Shown in pieces: positions 25,401 to 40,175 of a stretch of 64,000 nucleotides of DNA. The DNA comes from Antedon mediterranea. Its lineage: Eukaryota; Animalia; Echinodermata. Each line of letters begins with the position of its first letter. Positions within the stretch are counted from its first letter, which is position 1. Location of the stretch: contig NC_092672.1 of assembly GCF_964355755.1 (NCBI RefSeq), positions 2,170,001 through 2,234,000 on the forward strand. The letters are read 5' to 3'. The notes beneath the pieces are model-generated. The model worked only from the letters and a program-made list of their open reading frames with translations, searched no databases and had not been told where the DNA came from. A program made the position numbers and the translations under genes.

Positions 25401-28400
25401 CACATGTTTTCTCAGTGTGAACATGTTCAATGAGAGAGATACCTCAGTGTGAACACATGTTGAGTGTGTGAGTATTATACCCTCAGTGTGAATACATGCT
25501 TAATGAGTAGTATAGATTATTTTTACATTATGCGCTAGCAATGGATAATAAATGATGGAATATATAAATAAGCTATAAATTCACTGAACGATCTCAAAAT
25601 ATTTTAAACCAGTTTTGTAAATTTTATATCTCAAGATGATTTGCTACTAAACATGTTTAAAAACATTTCAATTCATTATTATTAATGTGAATATTAATGT
25701 TCTTATAAAATGTGTTCTTGTACTGACGGTAGACGTAGAATACATTAACAGGTTGTCTTTGTCAATACCATCGCCTTGCCTCCTAGCATGACATCCAATT
25801 AGTGTAGACATGTGTGTGTGTGTTAAATCAACCAGTACATGTACATGTCAATATTGCTTAACGCCCATTGAGGTTGGCTAGGCTGGTAAACTTGCGTTTA
25901 GATGCAAGTTGGTAAATTATTGATGCAACAGCAACAAGATAGACAAGTTAAAATACAAAAAGTGATAATATATTGTGAACTTAATTAGGATAAAATGTGA
26001 ATTTATTTAATGTTTACAATTAATTTTTATGTCACTAACTATTGAGATTGAGAGAAATAATATGGTGGCACTATGTAACACAAAAACTATCCTGCCCATG
26101 GCATAGGGAAATGGCATGAAATAGTGGAAAGCACCATGTTGCAAGATGAGAGGCGCAACTTATAATGATGATGATGATGATAAAACCACACAGTGAAAAA
26201 CAAGATACTTTGGAAAGTAGACTATCTTTATCCTGCTAACTTTCACCATTCCCGAAACCCAACCCCACCTATCTTAACACCACCTATCCTAACTACACAC
26301 GTAACTGGTTCCATCTGCCATCTCCATTTCACCTCCCCCCCCCCCCTTTCCCCATTAATTTCACCTATCCTAACTACACACGTAACTGGTTCCATCTGCC
26401 ATCTCCATTTCACCTCCCCCCCCCCCTTCCCCATTAATTTCACCTATTTAAAACACTGTACAAAGTGTCATACTAATCATATGTACAAATACAGCAGTAA
26501 AAATTATACATTTTAATCACCGAAAAACATAATTCAGAAAAACCAACCACCACAAGGAAATAAAAAATGGTTGCTTTACAGCTGAATAGAAACCACAGCA
26601 TTGAAACAGGTTTTTTTTTGTAAAAATAATTTCAGCATAAATGTCATATCTGTAACATTTATAATTATAATTTCCTTTAGGACATTATGAATAGTAAGAT
26701 TATATTATTAAACTGGAAAGTGTAAGGCCACTACATTACATCGACATGTTATTCTAATTTTTTGTTTTATTTGTATTTTAAATTTATTAATGCATGTCTT
26801 TTTAAATGTATAATTATATTTATGTAATACTCTGTATTATGGCTGTAATTTGTGTCTAAATAATCTTTTTTTTTGCTAAATGATTTAAACTGATGATGTT
26901 TGTATGGTTGTTAGCTTTAATGTATTAAAAATACTGAATTGCAGCGTAAAAAAAAAGGAATTGATAATTTAAACTTTTTATACAGAATGGAGTATACTGT
27001 AGTGCGCTATTTTTTTTTTTCTTTTTTTTTTTTTTCTGTATACTCGCAGCTTTATACTTTATTTGTTCATAAAATGATATATTTATTTTAGTTAAGATCA
27101 TGGGACTGCTGACTCTTGTACAGTAGTTACAGTAATCGTATTACTTTAACAGTCCCTGACCAATTCACATTTGCACATTGATTTTTATGTTTTGTTGGTC
27201 AAATAAATAAATGAAATGAAATGAAATTACTGGCTGTGGAAGGGTTTGATCGGACTAGCTGGGGTAATAATGTAAAAGCGTTATTGGGGTACAGTAGCTT
27301 TTTCTCATTCTCACAGATTTCCTCATCTCTACCGTTTAAAATTAATTAATAAATTTCCAGTATATATTCATCAGGCGGTTTACAATATGCACTATTAAAT
27401 GAATAAATTATCATTATCATAGGTTCTTAAGTCCAAGAATTATCATTATGATGCAAAGCAAACAGGAATCTGCTAAGTAATTAATTCATGACATACTTTG
27501 TAACAGGTCACATGAAATACAAACATTCATTTAAATTAACGATAATCTTAAATAATCTGTCAGCGTCAGCCCAAAAATATAGTATATTCTCATTATTTTT
27601 ATATTAATTTGAATAATTAACTAATTTGTATTTTACCCTTGGAAGTTTAGCCTGTTCACAATGCATGCATGTAATTTATTATCATGACTAATTTGCAATT
27701 GATTTTATTTTTTGTTTATAAATGTTCAGTCAATTAGAAATGAGTTTAATATCACTTTTCTTTCAATTTACAGAGACAGTGCATGTCATGTTAAGACTCC
27801 CCAAAGAGGTTCCTGCAAAAATTGTCACCCCATATTGATTGTAGATCGGATGTAGTTGTTGTAGTGCAGAGTAAAATCAGAATGGTTAACAGTCTCATAT
27901 CCTGGCTTGCAAGTAGGAATCAGTATAATCATGTGACATGGTTTAGTTAGGGTAACAAGGTTAGAAAGTGTGAAACACTAATATGAGCTTTCGATTTGCT
28001 AAGACAACAATAAATTATTATTATAATTTTACCAGCATACAAGTAAAAGGGGAAAAAAGGCAACTATTAATATCTAAAGTTCTGTCTACTCTATCAAACT
28101 TTATGTTTCAAAAAAATGTGATGTACCCATATATGGACATGATGATGTCATATCACTACCATATTTGGGCATATCACTACCATATTTGAGCGTATCACAC
28201 TGGTTTGATAGTGTGGACAGAGCTTAATGTAATTATTATACTCACACTGAATTAAATAGGTAAGCTCTTCCCTGGCTTCCTTGAAATGACTAAAAAAAAG
28301 AAAAAATAAAATTTGTAGTTATTATTTTGAAGCAAAACTGTAATTTATCCAACATTAGCTCTTGAGTGCAAGCTATGTGGTCTACAATTATCAATGTCAG

Positions 28401-31400
28401 GTTGGTGATCTGCATGTCATAGGTTCGAGTCATATCTAAGAACGTCTTCTTTTTCTCAACAAGCACTCTAAAATGTATGGAGTATTCTGTATAATTTACG
28501 TCAAAGTTAATCAAAACATCTTCTTGTCACACAAATAAATTTGTTATCATAGTCGTTGTAAAATTCATCAGCATGTCCATTTGAGAAGACAATTAGTAGT
28601 TTGTATGCATAATTTGTTTCCTCAACTGTGTAACAAATGTGATTCTCCAGTGAACACTAATTTTATTTATTTAGTACAATGTCAACATCCTGTTAATAAT
28701 CTAATCTTACATATACCACTAGTTACTACATTACTGTATTAATATAGGATTTGAATAATGTACTAAAGAAGTTTAAAAAGACTTTTTATAATCCTACCAT
28801 CTACTGTATCTAAAATATAGAATCTTAAGCACGGTAGGGTATGGAAAGAAGTTAAATCAACCATAATACAGATAATACACTATCAAACTTTATGTGACAA
28901 AAAGATGTGCCCGTATATGGACATGATGACATCATATCACTACCATATTTAAGCATATTACTATCATATTTGTGCACATCACACCAGTGGTGGCGCCAGC
29001 GGGGGGGCTACGGGGGCTCTAGCCCCCTTGTCGGGGAGCCTAGCCCCCCCGTCGGGGAACACGGGTACTTTTTGTCGGGGAATATAATATACAGTAAAAA
29101 ACGTTCGCGTTCACTTCATATAGCTTCAGCGCCTAGAAAACCACGACGTTCCATTGACCGTGAGAGAGTACGTCAGAGAGCTATTATGCACTTTTATGCA
29201 TTCATTTATTGCCAGCGATCTAACTTACTACTAAACATTAGCTAGGTTCGCACTTGTCTGGCGGTATCCCTTTGTACGAATTGTTCAACGTTGGGTCGAG
29301 ACGCGTGATATCATGTTCCATCCAGGGACCAAAATGTGTACTGTAGTTATTTTCCAGGCGAAGTTTACTGACGGTTACGTCGTGTACTGCGTCGACGTAC
29401 GCTACACTACAGCAAAAACGAATTAATTGTTCGTATGTTCACCAATTTTTTTAATTTACAAGTAACCTTCTGTACCGTGGGGCACCTAAAATAAATTTTT
29501 CATCCATTACTAAACAAAAAAACATGCCATTTTCGCTTAGCCAACATCTTATTATAGCTAAGTTATTACATTTTCAATGTCCTGTATGTCATGAATTTCT
29601 CACCACTCGGAAGTCCAGATGGTACGCACGCATACACTTGGGAGGAATAAACTTATTTCCCCGACTGATAAAGGTCTACGCTTGCGTTTTTTAAGCCTCT
29701 AGGCCTGATGTTTCCGAAGTATAAAATGCAATTTTTTGAAGACCTGCAGCTCTAGTTTTAAACAGTTTCTTAGCTCAGCCCCAACAATAAAGCTGGTCAT
29801 ATTTCGAAGTACAAGAAGTCCATTTTCCGGGACCTAACATCTCTATTTTTCAAACATTTCTTAGCTCAGTCACAACCTTGATACTGAGGAACTTATATAT
29901 TTTGTTTCATGTTTTGAAGTATAATAAGTCCAACTTCCGGGACCTCCAACTCTATTTTTCTAAATTTTCTTTGAACTTTTATTTTTTAAATTGAAAAATA
30001 TGGATTGAAACAGTCATCGCGCATCGTTTTTTTGCACGCAGTATTTTATTTATGCATTATAAAAAATGGAAAAAATGGCTACCCTAAATCTGATTAAAAT
30101 GACCTCAAATGACGCTAGAACGCGTTGCTTCCGGGGGCTTCGCCCCCTGGACCCCCACCGGGGGCCCTTGGCGGCCCCCTGGCCCCCAGCCTAGTGATGC
30201 TCGCATAGCCCCCTCGTCGGGGAATGTAGCCCCCGCGTCGGGAAGATCCTGGCGCCACCCCTGCATCACACTTCTGTCCAAACTAATTTGATAATGAAGA
30301 CGGAGCTTTAGATCTAGAATTCCCGGAATATTATTACAGTATGTTAAATTGACCAAATACAGTCCTGAATGTCCAAAGCTTTTATGGAAGCATTTGACTC
30401 TTGATTAGAAGGTATTGGTGTGTTTACTTTATTGTCGCTGGTCTTTTGGACAGTTGACTAAAAATAATAGGAGAAATACCGGCAAAGGATGTTTAAGCAT
30501 TTTAATATTAATAAAATGTAGTTCCAAGGCATTTAGCTGTTTTTGATTAACAGTACTGCACATTACAGACAATTTTGGCACCATTTTTAAATAATTTTTA
30601 ATTAATTTTGTAATTAAAGAACTATAGAATAAAATATAGTAATAACAAAGTTAATTAATTTGTTAATAGTTGCGGCAAAAAAGGGAAGGGCTGATTGACA
30701 TTGAAAATTTATTCTTTATGACCATTGGTTCAGCATTAACTGTAAATGCTTAGTTTCCTTTGTTCAATAAAAACAGATATTTCTTTGAATTCAAGGCATT
30801 GCCCAAAACAAACAAAATCTATTCTTAGAATTTGATAAACTATCTATCTGTACAAATATGTAAATTTTGAAACCAAACATTTTAGCAGCAGCTAGCCTGA
30901 ATTTAGTTATTCAAGTGCGCTTGGCTTGATTATTTATGGTAACTACGTTTTTATACTCATTAAATCTTTAAACTCGCTCATAAAGATTTGATTTTAAATC
31001 TATCTATCCATAAAATTAGTGTTTTTGCAAGATAAACAAGAAAAGCTTCCTGATGCACAAAAAGCAATTAAATAAATTTTAATGGACAGGAGGTGTTAAA
31101 CTGGATATAAATCTTGGTATATTTTGTTAAAAATAATAATACAGGATTGTAAGTGTCTTAACAATGTCTCAAAACAATATAAGTCAACAGGATCAGGAAA
31201 ATAGAACACAGTTGTGAAGGTAGTCTCAGAAACAGTTGGTGTAATTGAGGACGGTAATGTCCAAGGAACCTGCAGAAGGACCATGATATTTTTTCACATT
31301 CTCTAATAAAACGAAACAATTCTAACTTTACAAATAACTCTAAAATTAGAAGAAATATTTTAAAATTGTATTTGTTAATTTGAATGTACAATAAATGTTA

Positions 31401-31520
31401 ATTTGAATAATATGTTACCTTAGATATGAGGTCATCATGATTGGCTAGATGAGCTCTGCAGTGTATGCAGGCGTACCGCCGATGGCAGGTAGGTAGATAC
31501 GCTTGGAATGTCTTTACCAT
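22479..31520 (-). CDS. YPEL: Protein yippee-like (YPEL1-4 group), 116 aa, 4 coding exons
   Basis: Exons 31520-31419 ([34 protein letters not shown]), 28289-28246 ([15 protein letters not shown]), 24671-24563 ([36 protein letters not shown]) and 22574-22479 ([31 protein letters not shown]). All GT-AG and in frame. Confidence 0.96.
23717..23858. repeat. About 46-bp tandem repeat x3
   Basis: CATGGTAGGAACATGGTACAGCAGGCAATGAATGCATTACTGTATG repeated. Confidence 0.9.
26281..26447. repeat. About 80-bp tandem duplication with poly-C
   Basis: CACCTATCCTAACTACACACGTAACTGGTTCCATCTGCCATCTCCATTTCACCT(C)n occurs twice. Confidence 0.9.
28985..30263. mobile_element. Non-autonomous hAT element nested in a family A MITE
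   Basis: TIR CAG(T/G)GGTGGCGCCAG at both ends, a perfect 8-bp TSD CATCACAC (28977-28984 and 30264-30271) and subterminal GTCGGGGA/AGCCCC repeats. The MITE halves lie on either side. Confidence 0.9.
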
Positions 31521-32656
31521 CTTGACTTCGTTACGCAGCACAAAACACAAAATTTCTGAAGAGATCACAGCAGCTAAGTTCCACGAAAATGCAGATCTTA
31601 GTCAATAAAGGATGCTACAGTAAACACAGATCACGACTTCAAGGGGGGATCACAGTCAACTACAAGTGGAGATCACAGCCAACTACAAGTGGAGATCACA
31701 GCCAACTACTTGAAGATCACAGCTGAAAGCTACATGAACTGCCAAAGACCACCACTAAAGAGAATTGCTGAAAACCAGTGGAGATGCCAATTTCCACTAA
31801 AGTTGTCTTTTCACAAAAACTGCTAATAAACTTTCTTTATAATAATATCAGATATTTACAATAAATAAGGTATTCAATATTTAAACTATAACAAGAATTG
31901 TCTTTGTGGGAGCATTGAGTTTTGAGTTTTGTACAATGGTTCGTTTGTTGCGCCTTTTCTTCCACCGGGGGAAGAGTTTCTGTGCATTAACCATTTGATG
32001 TTGGCTTTTATATTGTTCAACTCTTCTTCTCTTTTCCCCGTCTTTTTACAAACTTTTTTTCTGATGAATTAGTTTATCTGTTGAAACTTTTACAGTTGAA
32101 GCTCACTGCAAGAAAAACAAAAATGTTTTTAACAATGATTCTAAATATTTAAAAGCTTAATTGAAATAACATTAAATAAAAAAGTTCATAACATTACTGT
32201 ATCATGTTATATTTTTAAGGGTCTGTTCCTGCTGCATAACAACTGAATAAATATTTAATTTCAATGTTTCACTGGGTGGTCATTAATGAAAAAACCTTAA
32301 AATTACCCAAAATACAATGCACTCAGTCAAATGTTCATTGGCAATAGTAATTGAATGAATCAAATAAGCGTTAATTTTCAGCATTTTTAAGCTAAAAGTT
32401 GCATAGTGATATTGATAACAGATTAAGTGTGTTGAGCGTTTTTAACCATAATTTTCGCCATTAATTGAAATTTTTTGGAGGTAATTTATTCACCTCAGGA
32501 AAAACAAGACAAGTGCACTGTACATTGTATCATTCTGATGAGGAAATTTGCTAGAATGACAACAAACAACCCTGTCATATACTATGGTACAAAAGGTCAA
32601 GGACACTCATCACAACAATGACTCAATATTACTCAATTCTTGTCCTAGACAAGAAC

Positions 32657-34257
32657 TTTTATTGGTTATCCGCAACGAAGTTGCAGGATAACCTCTTGTG
32701 ATTGTACGAAATCATCATCAACATCAACTTTTTATTTCTCTTCTTTCTTTCTGTATGATTTTTGTGGAACGCTTTTCTCGAAAACTTGCAAACATAACAT
32801 TTTGTAACTTTCTCAACATATCGTCATGCACATGAAGATGTGCAGCGAAGCTTTTCATGATGTTTACAATTGCGCAACGTGACTTACGCGCGATTTAACG
32901 ATTTTGTCGTATTTAACATAGCTCAACAACCAAATAACATTTCAACTTGAAACTTTGCAAAAGTTTAATTTATATCATGCGCTAACTTTCTGTTGAAAAA
33001 AAATTGCGTGTTTTACACAAAGTTACGCGCGCACGCGCATATAAAATTTCAAAATGCGCAAAATTAATTTATAATCAACTTTCTACGCGTTTCATGTCGT
33101 TTTAAGCATGTCAAAAATTCCCACGCGTGCGCACATTTTTACGTGTGCGGTGCGCACGTAGCATTGAAAACGTATTTTTTTCGCGTGATTTATGTTGTTC
33201 CAGCTTTTTCAAGTAATTTTACGAAATTTTTAACAATTTCGACTTAAAGATACGTCATACGAGCACGTCGAATTGGACAATTGGCGCGCGTTTTTTATGA
33301 AAAGGGTAAAAAATTCGTTTAAAATATGCCTTTTTTTAAACAGTCGTAATTTCTAAACTAGACGGTCAACTTTTTGTGGATGGCATATTCTGGAAGTAGA
33401 TGAGTTGTAGATATCGGATCAAGTAGTAATATGGCTAACCTGACATTGTGACGTCATCGTATGGCCACACGAATATAAAATTTAGGATTTTTGTATCTTT
33501 CGTCATAGCTCATCACATTGAATAGAGCGCATCTCCACTTATCCGTTTTCCATTTTCACCCCGATTTTGATATTGTCTAGGTCAATCAAGTATCTTTCGC
33601 ATGAGTTAAAAATATTTTAATTTTTTTGACGTCATCATGCCTAAAAATTTAAATCACGTGTGGCATTAATTTCATCTTTACAGTAAATTTTAATCTGTTA
33701 TAGCTCGTAAGAATAAAATGTGATAATCACGATTAAAACTTTTTCTGGAAGCTATTGGATTGTAGATACGAAATTATGTAAAAATGTTGCCAATCGGATG
33801 TTGTGACGTCATCATATGGCCAGTTAAATAAAAAAGGTCGTATTTTCATCTTTTGCGTCATAATTCATTACATTTAAAAGAGCGCGCATCAATATTTCAC
33901 GTATTCAAATTTCCTCTACACGCTAATACGTTGTTGCTGAGATAATTTCCTTTCGGAATTGCTACCTTCGCGTTTCATTTTAAAACCGTCAACATGTTAA
34001 AAATTGCAATAAATAGCGGGTCCCGTAATTTCACCTATTCTACACTGTATGTGATATGGATACAGATACTGTGTATACTATATATGAATTTAAATAATAA
34101 AATTCAGCAATAACAACATATCATATTCTTCAGTTCAGGTCATAATGCCAACGTGAACACTTCCTTTTGTCCTCAACCTATCCCCTTAATGTTAATGTTG
34201 CACCACTTGCGCGGCGGATAACCAAACTCGTCAAAGTGACGAGTTACATGTCTAGTT
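32657..34257 (+). mobile_element. Helentron-associated (HINE/DINE-1-like) non-autonomous rolling-circle element
   Basis: 5' TTTTATTGGTTATCCGC with a nearby inverted GGATAACC. 3' GCGGATAACCAA followed by hairpin AACTCGTCA-AAG-TGACGAGTT and CTAGTT. The body is CpG-rich with an internal diverged duplication. Confidence 0.7.
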
Positions 34258-36204
34258 CATTTCAAGTTGATGCAATAAAAACAATAACAAAGACCCTTTA
34301 AACCAAAACAAATCTTTGAAAAAAATCGATCATTTTATAAATTGCAACAAACTGGTAATTAGGAAATATTTTATAAACATGTTAAATAAATAGTTTTAAA
34401 GGGGCATATTCAATTTCACAAATTTTAATGCAAAAGATAGGATATGAAATTAAGTTCAAGGATATCCACGTTATGCTTGGTTTCCACTAGAGACGCAACA
34501 CCACGACGTAACGCAATGTAAGGGATTTGACCAATAACAAGCGATGGATTTATTCGGCTGTTGATTGTCATTGGTCAACACGCTTACGTTGCATTAACGT
34601 CCTAATGGGAACCAAGCTTACTGTAACTCGGTAAATAATCATTCCTTACAAGCTGTCCAGATTTAGCAAGGCTTCAGAGGCCAGAGTTGACATGGCGGCA
34701 TTGCAGGGTACTGTACTGGATGTTTTATTAGTGACCTTTTAGAAACAAAGGATTTTTAGAAAATTCTGCTGGGTAAATAAATAAAATTTAAATTGTTTTC
34801 TGGTGGCGTTCAGGGTCTCCTCTTTCCTGGTTGTGATAATGCATGGGTAATGTGATAAGGATTCCAAATATATAACTTCCTGTTATAAACAAGAGTCTTT
34901 ATAAATTTTTTTATTTTATTATGTCAGCATACTGTACTGTTGATCTTTAATTCCTCATAAAGGTTTTGTATTCAAATTGTTTTGTTGTTCCACAACAGTA
35001 CCCACAATGCATTTCTGGTAGTTAATTAAATATAGATTTAAATGTTCATCTCCTTTTATACCTTGATTTTAACAACAGTACCCACAATGCATTACAGCTA
35101 CTGTAGCTCATCTTAATTTATACCTTGATTTTAACGGCAATACCCACAATGCATTGTAGGTACATAGCTCATCTCTTTTTATACATTGATTTTAACAGCA
35201 AGGAAATAATAATGAATAAGGAAACATTTATTATTTTTACAGGAGTATCTACTGTATTATATAATGTTTAATTTGCTATAGATTGTAAAAACATCGTAAT
35301 ATCACTTCATCGGTAGTAGATGTGAATGTACTGGGAAGTGTGTAGTAGTACTGAATTTTGCATACTCAATACTGAAAATTATTTGCAGCATGAAATGTTC
35401 GCTAATTTAAATCACTCCCAAATTCGCGAAAGTTTAATACGTGCAAAACTTTTTGGTTTTACACTAAGTACATGTAATCTTCAACTGTAAGTTCACCAAT
35501 ATCACTCCTTTCCACCTTTAAATTAAGTTAAAATGCAACCTTTTATTATGAAAAATTCTGTTTCAGGACAGAACACATGCTTGATAAACAAAATGGACAT
35601 TATTTTGCAACTTTGACTAAAGCTCCTAAATTTTGTTTTTATATTGTGGAAGACATATAAATAGTAAATAATAAATAAGTTTAAAAACTAAATTAACAAC
35701 TTAATAGAGATAATATAAATAGAGAAAATAAATAAAAGTTAATGTTTTAATTAAGAACGTTACTTACCACCAACTGGAAGATGGGACGAAATGAAAACTG
35801 GAGTTAAACAAAGGTAACAAAAGTGTACTATAAATGAGGTCTAAACAAAGAAAGGTCACAAATACCCCACAGGTAAAATATTGCACCAATCAGCACACTA
35901 CAATGCAGGAAAATAAAAACCACCAACTAAACATAGACAGCTGATTGTGCTTTATGTGAAGTTAGAGTATGAACTTAAAAAGTTCAGCTGAATTTGATCC
36001 TCAGACAAAGAGCATATTTTGGTTATGACCACATTGTTTACTAAAAAAGGAAATTAAACTGCTAATAATAGGTGCATGCATACAACAGTCATTACTAATT
36101 GTTTTCTACAGTGTTTGTAGTGAATGTTATATAATTTAATTAACTATACACTTCTTCATAATGCTACAGGCAGTAACTTTTCAATTAGATTTTTAACATT
36201 TTTG

Positions 36205-36530
36205 TTATTTATTTATACTGAGTGACCTTTTCAGTCAGAGACTGGTCTTTCATAGGGCCCAGTTATGATCAGTGGCTATGTGCGTGTACTAGTACATCGA
36301 GGTAACCTCCTAATCGTCTCGAAAGATGTACAGTACTAGGTTCTTTAAAGTGTACATGAGCTAGATGTGTACAGGCACACTGGACCTACGGTTTATAATC
36401 CTTATCCGAGAAGACTCATTCCACCACCGGAACCACATTGAGCGAGTTAGCCTCAAACTCTTGCCGATGTTATGGCTATGTATAATTACGGTTCCACTGT
36501 CTAAACTGCGCGGCCACCGAAATCACTCAA
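36205..36530 (-). mobile_element. tRNA-derived Deu/Nin-domain SINE (older subfamily with a different 3' tail)
   Basis: The reverse complement has a decayed A box TGGCCGCGCAG and B box AGTTTGAGGCT, a core GTCTTCTCGGATAAGGATTATAAACCGTAGGTCC shared with the 56484 SINE, and an (AAAT)n tail. Confidence 0.75.
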
Positions 36531-39500
36531 TCAATAGTTTTTACATTTAGTAAAACAGATTTTATGCAGACAGGAAGAAGGAATACATGTAGTTTCAATC
36601 CCTCTAGTTTTATTTTACTAATGTTTTCCCCTTTAGTGTGATCTTTTAACAAAGACATTCCACTCTTGCAGTGCATAGCAACAGTTATGGTTTTAAGTTA
36701 TATTAAGAACAGTGTCAATATACTTAATTAAAATTCCGGAAAAAAATGCTATGAAAATAAAGAGGCTCTTATCTACTTCCTCCTTTACACCAGCACTTTA
36801 TTAAATTATAAAACTTAGCTACTTAGCTTAAGAACCAAAGTATTCCATTGTTCTAGTAGTAACTAGTATGCAATTATTACGCCCTGTTTACCTGATCAAT
36901 ATGTACCAGATGGAAGTAACCAATTAAAATCATTTAATTGTATTGCTTTTGAGAATAAAATTTACTCAAAGAGTAAAGCGTGGTTCCCACTAGCGACGCA
37001 ACGTAACGCAATCTACGCAACGTAAGAAAATGCCCTTCAAATCATTGTGTTTGCCCCCGCCTGCGTGAAATCAAACCTACGATGTTTGCAGCACTATTGC
37101 GTCGTCGGTTCCCATTTGTGATTACGCAATACAGCACTTTGCGTCGATACGTCGCTGCGTTGCGTTCTAGTGGGAACCAAGCTTCAACACATGAGAACAA
37201 ACGCTATCTACTGTAAAATGATGTCATTGTTTACAGCTGTATTGCTTGTTGTATTCAGCTGTGATGTTGAATTGTTGGTAGTAGTGATCAATACAGTTCA
37301 TTCTTTTCCCACAGATTATACACACAAATTCACAATTCATTTTACTTCAAGCTAATGCGTAAAGATCTATTAACACTATCAAACTTTATGTGACAAAAAA
37401 TGTGATGTGCCCATATATGGACATGATGTCGTCATATCACTACTATATTTGGGAATATCACTACAATATTTATGCACATCACACTTCGCCATCGCCATCC
37501 TATCACTTCTTAGTAGGAATGTGTCGCCATTTCTTCCTATATTACAATGCCAATATTGATGAACGAAACACAATAATGATTTACAAAGTGTGATCTTTAC
37601 ATGATGTTCTAATATTTTATAACATAAATTGGACATCATGTCATGTCATGTCATGTCATGTCATTAATTATTAGTAACCTTTGAACATTTTGTTAATTAC
37701 TGCCTATATAGCAGAATTACAGTATGTTAATTAAAAACACATGAGAGGTATTCTGTTGATAGGGCCGGTAGGCGACGTTGTCAGCACTGGAATGTAGTGT
37801 AATGTCAGATCATTGATTACAGATATTTTTTGACTGAATCAATTGTCTAATAATATTTTGTAATTATAATAATATAAGGTGGTTTTATTGTACGCTTGTT
37901 TATTGTATCCGTGTGGTCAGGCACTGTAAACAAAGGTCAGAATTATGTAACTATAACAAACAATACTCCATAGTAAATCAATTTGTGGTAGCCTAGCCTA
38001 TGCCTAATATACAATGTGAATGTAGTGTATTAATTAGTGCATGCAGCATAGGGCTAGCAAAGACTTTCCAGGTCAGGGGCCTGTAATATAGTTAGTAACT
38101 AAACTAGGCTAGTGAGTTCTTTTTCTAGAGTAGAAAAAAGGGTAGGGTAACAAAATTGCATTGACGGTCTATTTTGGATGGAGTGCATCCTTCGAAAGTA
38201 GGCTACGCTTCATCATTGTGAGGGGGTGGGAGTAAAGATCTAGAAGGATGAAAGTACTGGCCTGGGGATAGCAGTTTATTGTCACGAACTGCCACCTACC
38301 TTATGTGAGTAATGTAGGCCAAAAAAAATGTTCGCACCAAAAATCAATGGCGCGCGAAACTACCATTTCGACCATCGCAATTCACACATATACACAGGTA
38401 CACCACACACATATATATTCAACATACGGAGTGAAAACAACTATATTATTAAATAATCCACAAAAACGTATTTTATGATAATCATTTATTAAATACTTAC
38501 ATTATTGCCAAGCTTAGTTTGCATTCAACAGAATATGCAGTAAAAAATTTAGATGTTTCTAAGCTCTCACAACGAAATCCTGTCATTCGTCGCAGTTCCT
38601 TCGCACTTGGTGTGTTGTTTTGACTGCATATGTTTAAGTCACGTGATCAATAATTGGCTACTATTTATTTTGTTACTGGGTAATTATTACAGAATCGCCG
38701 TTAACATTAAAAATAAAATGTTTTTATTTAAGTCCACAATATTTACTCACGTAATATTTATATTATAATAATATTAATATGAAGCTTTATATTCAATATA
38801 AATACATTTTACATCAACAAAAAATGTTATAGTTTGTAATTGTAGGTTGTATAGAAATAATGGAATAGTCCAACCTTTGATATCTGACGTTTGTTATGAT
38901 CACTATGCAAATTAGGTATATCGTCGGAACACGTTTTCCTTTCGCGTACTTTTTGCCAACAATAGAGGGAACATTATAACGAAAACGATTATAATATAAT
39001 TACTAAAATATTACTAAATAAACATCTACCAAAAGAGATTTAATAATATATTTTGTAATAAATCCAATTTATTACCGCACGAAAAACTACAATTTTGCAC
39101 CGTGAACGTGAAACATCCAATTGCCATCTGACATTGATAACGCAATCAATGTCACTTATGAATGAGTTCAATGATCGATCGTAAAACGAAGACATTACAT
39201 TTTTATATAACTTCTCCAGTGAAAATGAATTATTCATAATTCGAAGAACAAAGTTTACGAACCTCGTTAAATGCAAGATGCTGTGACGTCATAATATCTT
39301 AATCACATACTGCATTGTCCCATCCAACCAATCAAAAGGCATATACAAATATTGATAAATAAAATATAACAAAAACAATGACTAAAAATAAATTTATATC
39401 GGCCATATCAATATATGGCGATTATTGTGCAACAAATATCTAATCAGGCCATATGCACCTAACATATTTATGGATATGTTCTCGCACAACATTTATGGAT

Positions 39501-39571
39501 ATACTTTGTTACACAAAGCAGGAGTTAAGGCAAAGTCTCCCTCTTGAATATGATGGGTGAAGTCTGCTCAT

Positions 39572-40175
39572 ATTTTATTTATTTATTTATTTTATTTATT
39601 TATTTCCTTTATTGCATCAAGTAAGCAGTGATGAAGTTGACATAAATATAATAGTAAATATGTAAACACATAGTATAACACAGTCCAAACAAGTAATACT
39701 AAAATATATCATAGTCCACAAATCAGTCTTTCAATGGCCATCATAGTACATTCAGTAACACAAACCAAACAAGTTACTAAAATATATCATAGTCCACAAA
39801 TCAGTCTTTCAATGGCCATCATAGTACATCCAGTAACACAAACCAATAGGGGTTCACAATTTGCTTATCATAACTCAGTTACTGATCATTCACCAATCAT
39901 TGAAAACTCCGTGGAAAGTAATGAAGTTTTTTGTGCGTTGTGTCCGGACTTTGGGGAGGGTGAACGATCTAACGCGTCGAAGCTGATGGTTGTGTGTGGG
40001 AGGTTTAGGTAAGAGAGAGTGTAATATATGATCTTCTTTTTTCATTTTATCAAAGAATTTTCTTGACAACTTCTCGCGGCGTTCAGATAGAGTGATGATG
40101 TTAAGGTATCTGCGGGTATCAGCATACAAGGTACCATCGGGGCATATTATGTTACACGCTCTTCTTTGTATGGCA
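39572..40175 (-). mobile_element. 5'-truncated LINE (CR1/L2-group) 3' end
   Basis: The minus frame encodes a typical ORF2 C-terminus (IQKRACNIICP ... TLSERREKLSRKFFDKM ... HILHSLLP ... LPKVRTQRTKNF), followed by a 3' UTR and an (AAAT)n tail at 39572-39605. Confidence 0.75.

Noticed and set aside
37379-37639. Recurrent short ORFs containing [15 protein letters not shown] (also near 22736, 27983, 51170 and 62142)
   Set aside because: Translations of MITE family A, not a gene family.
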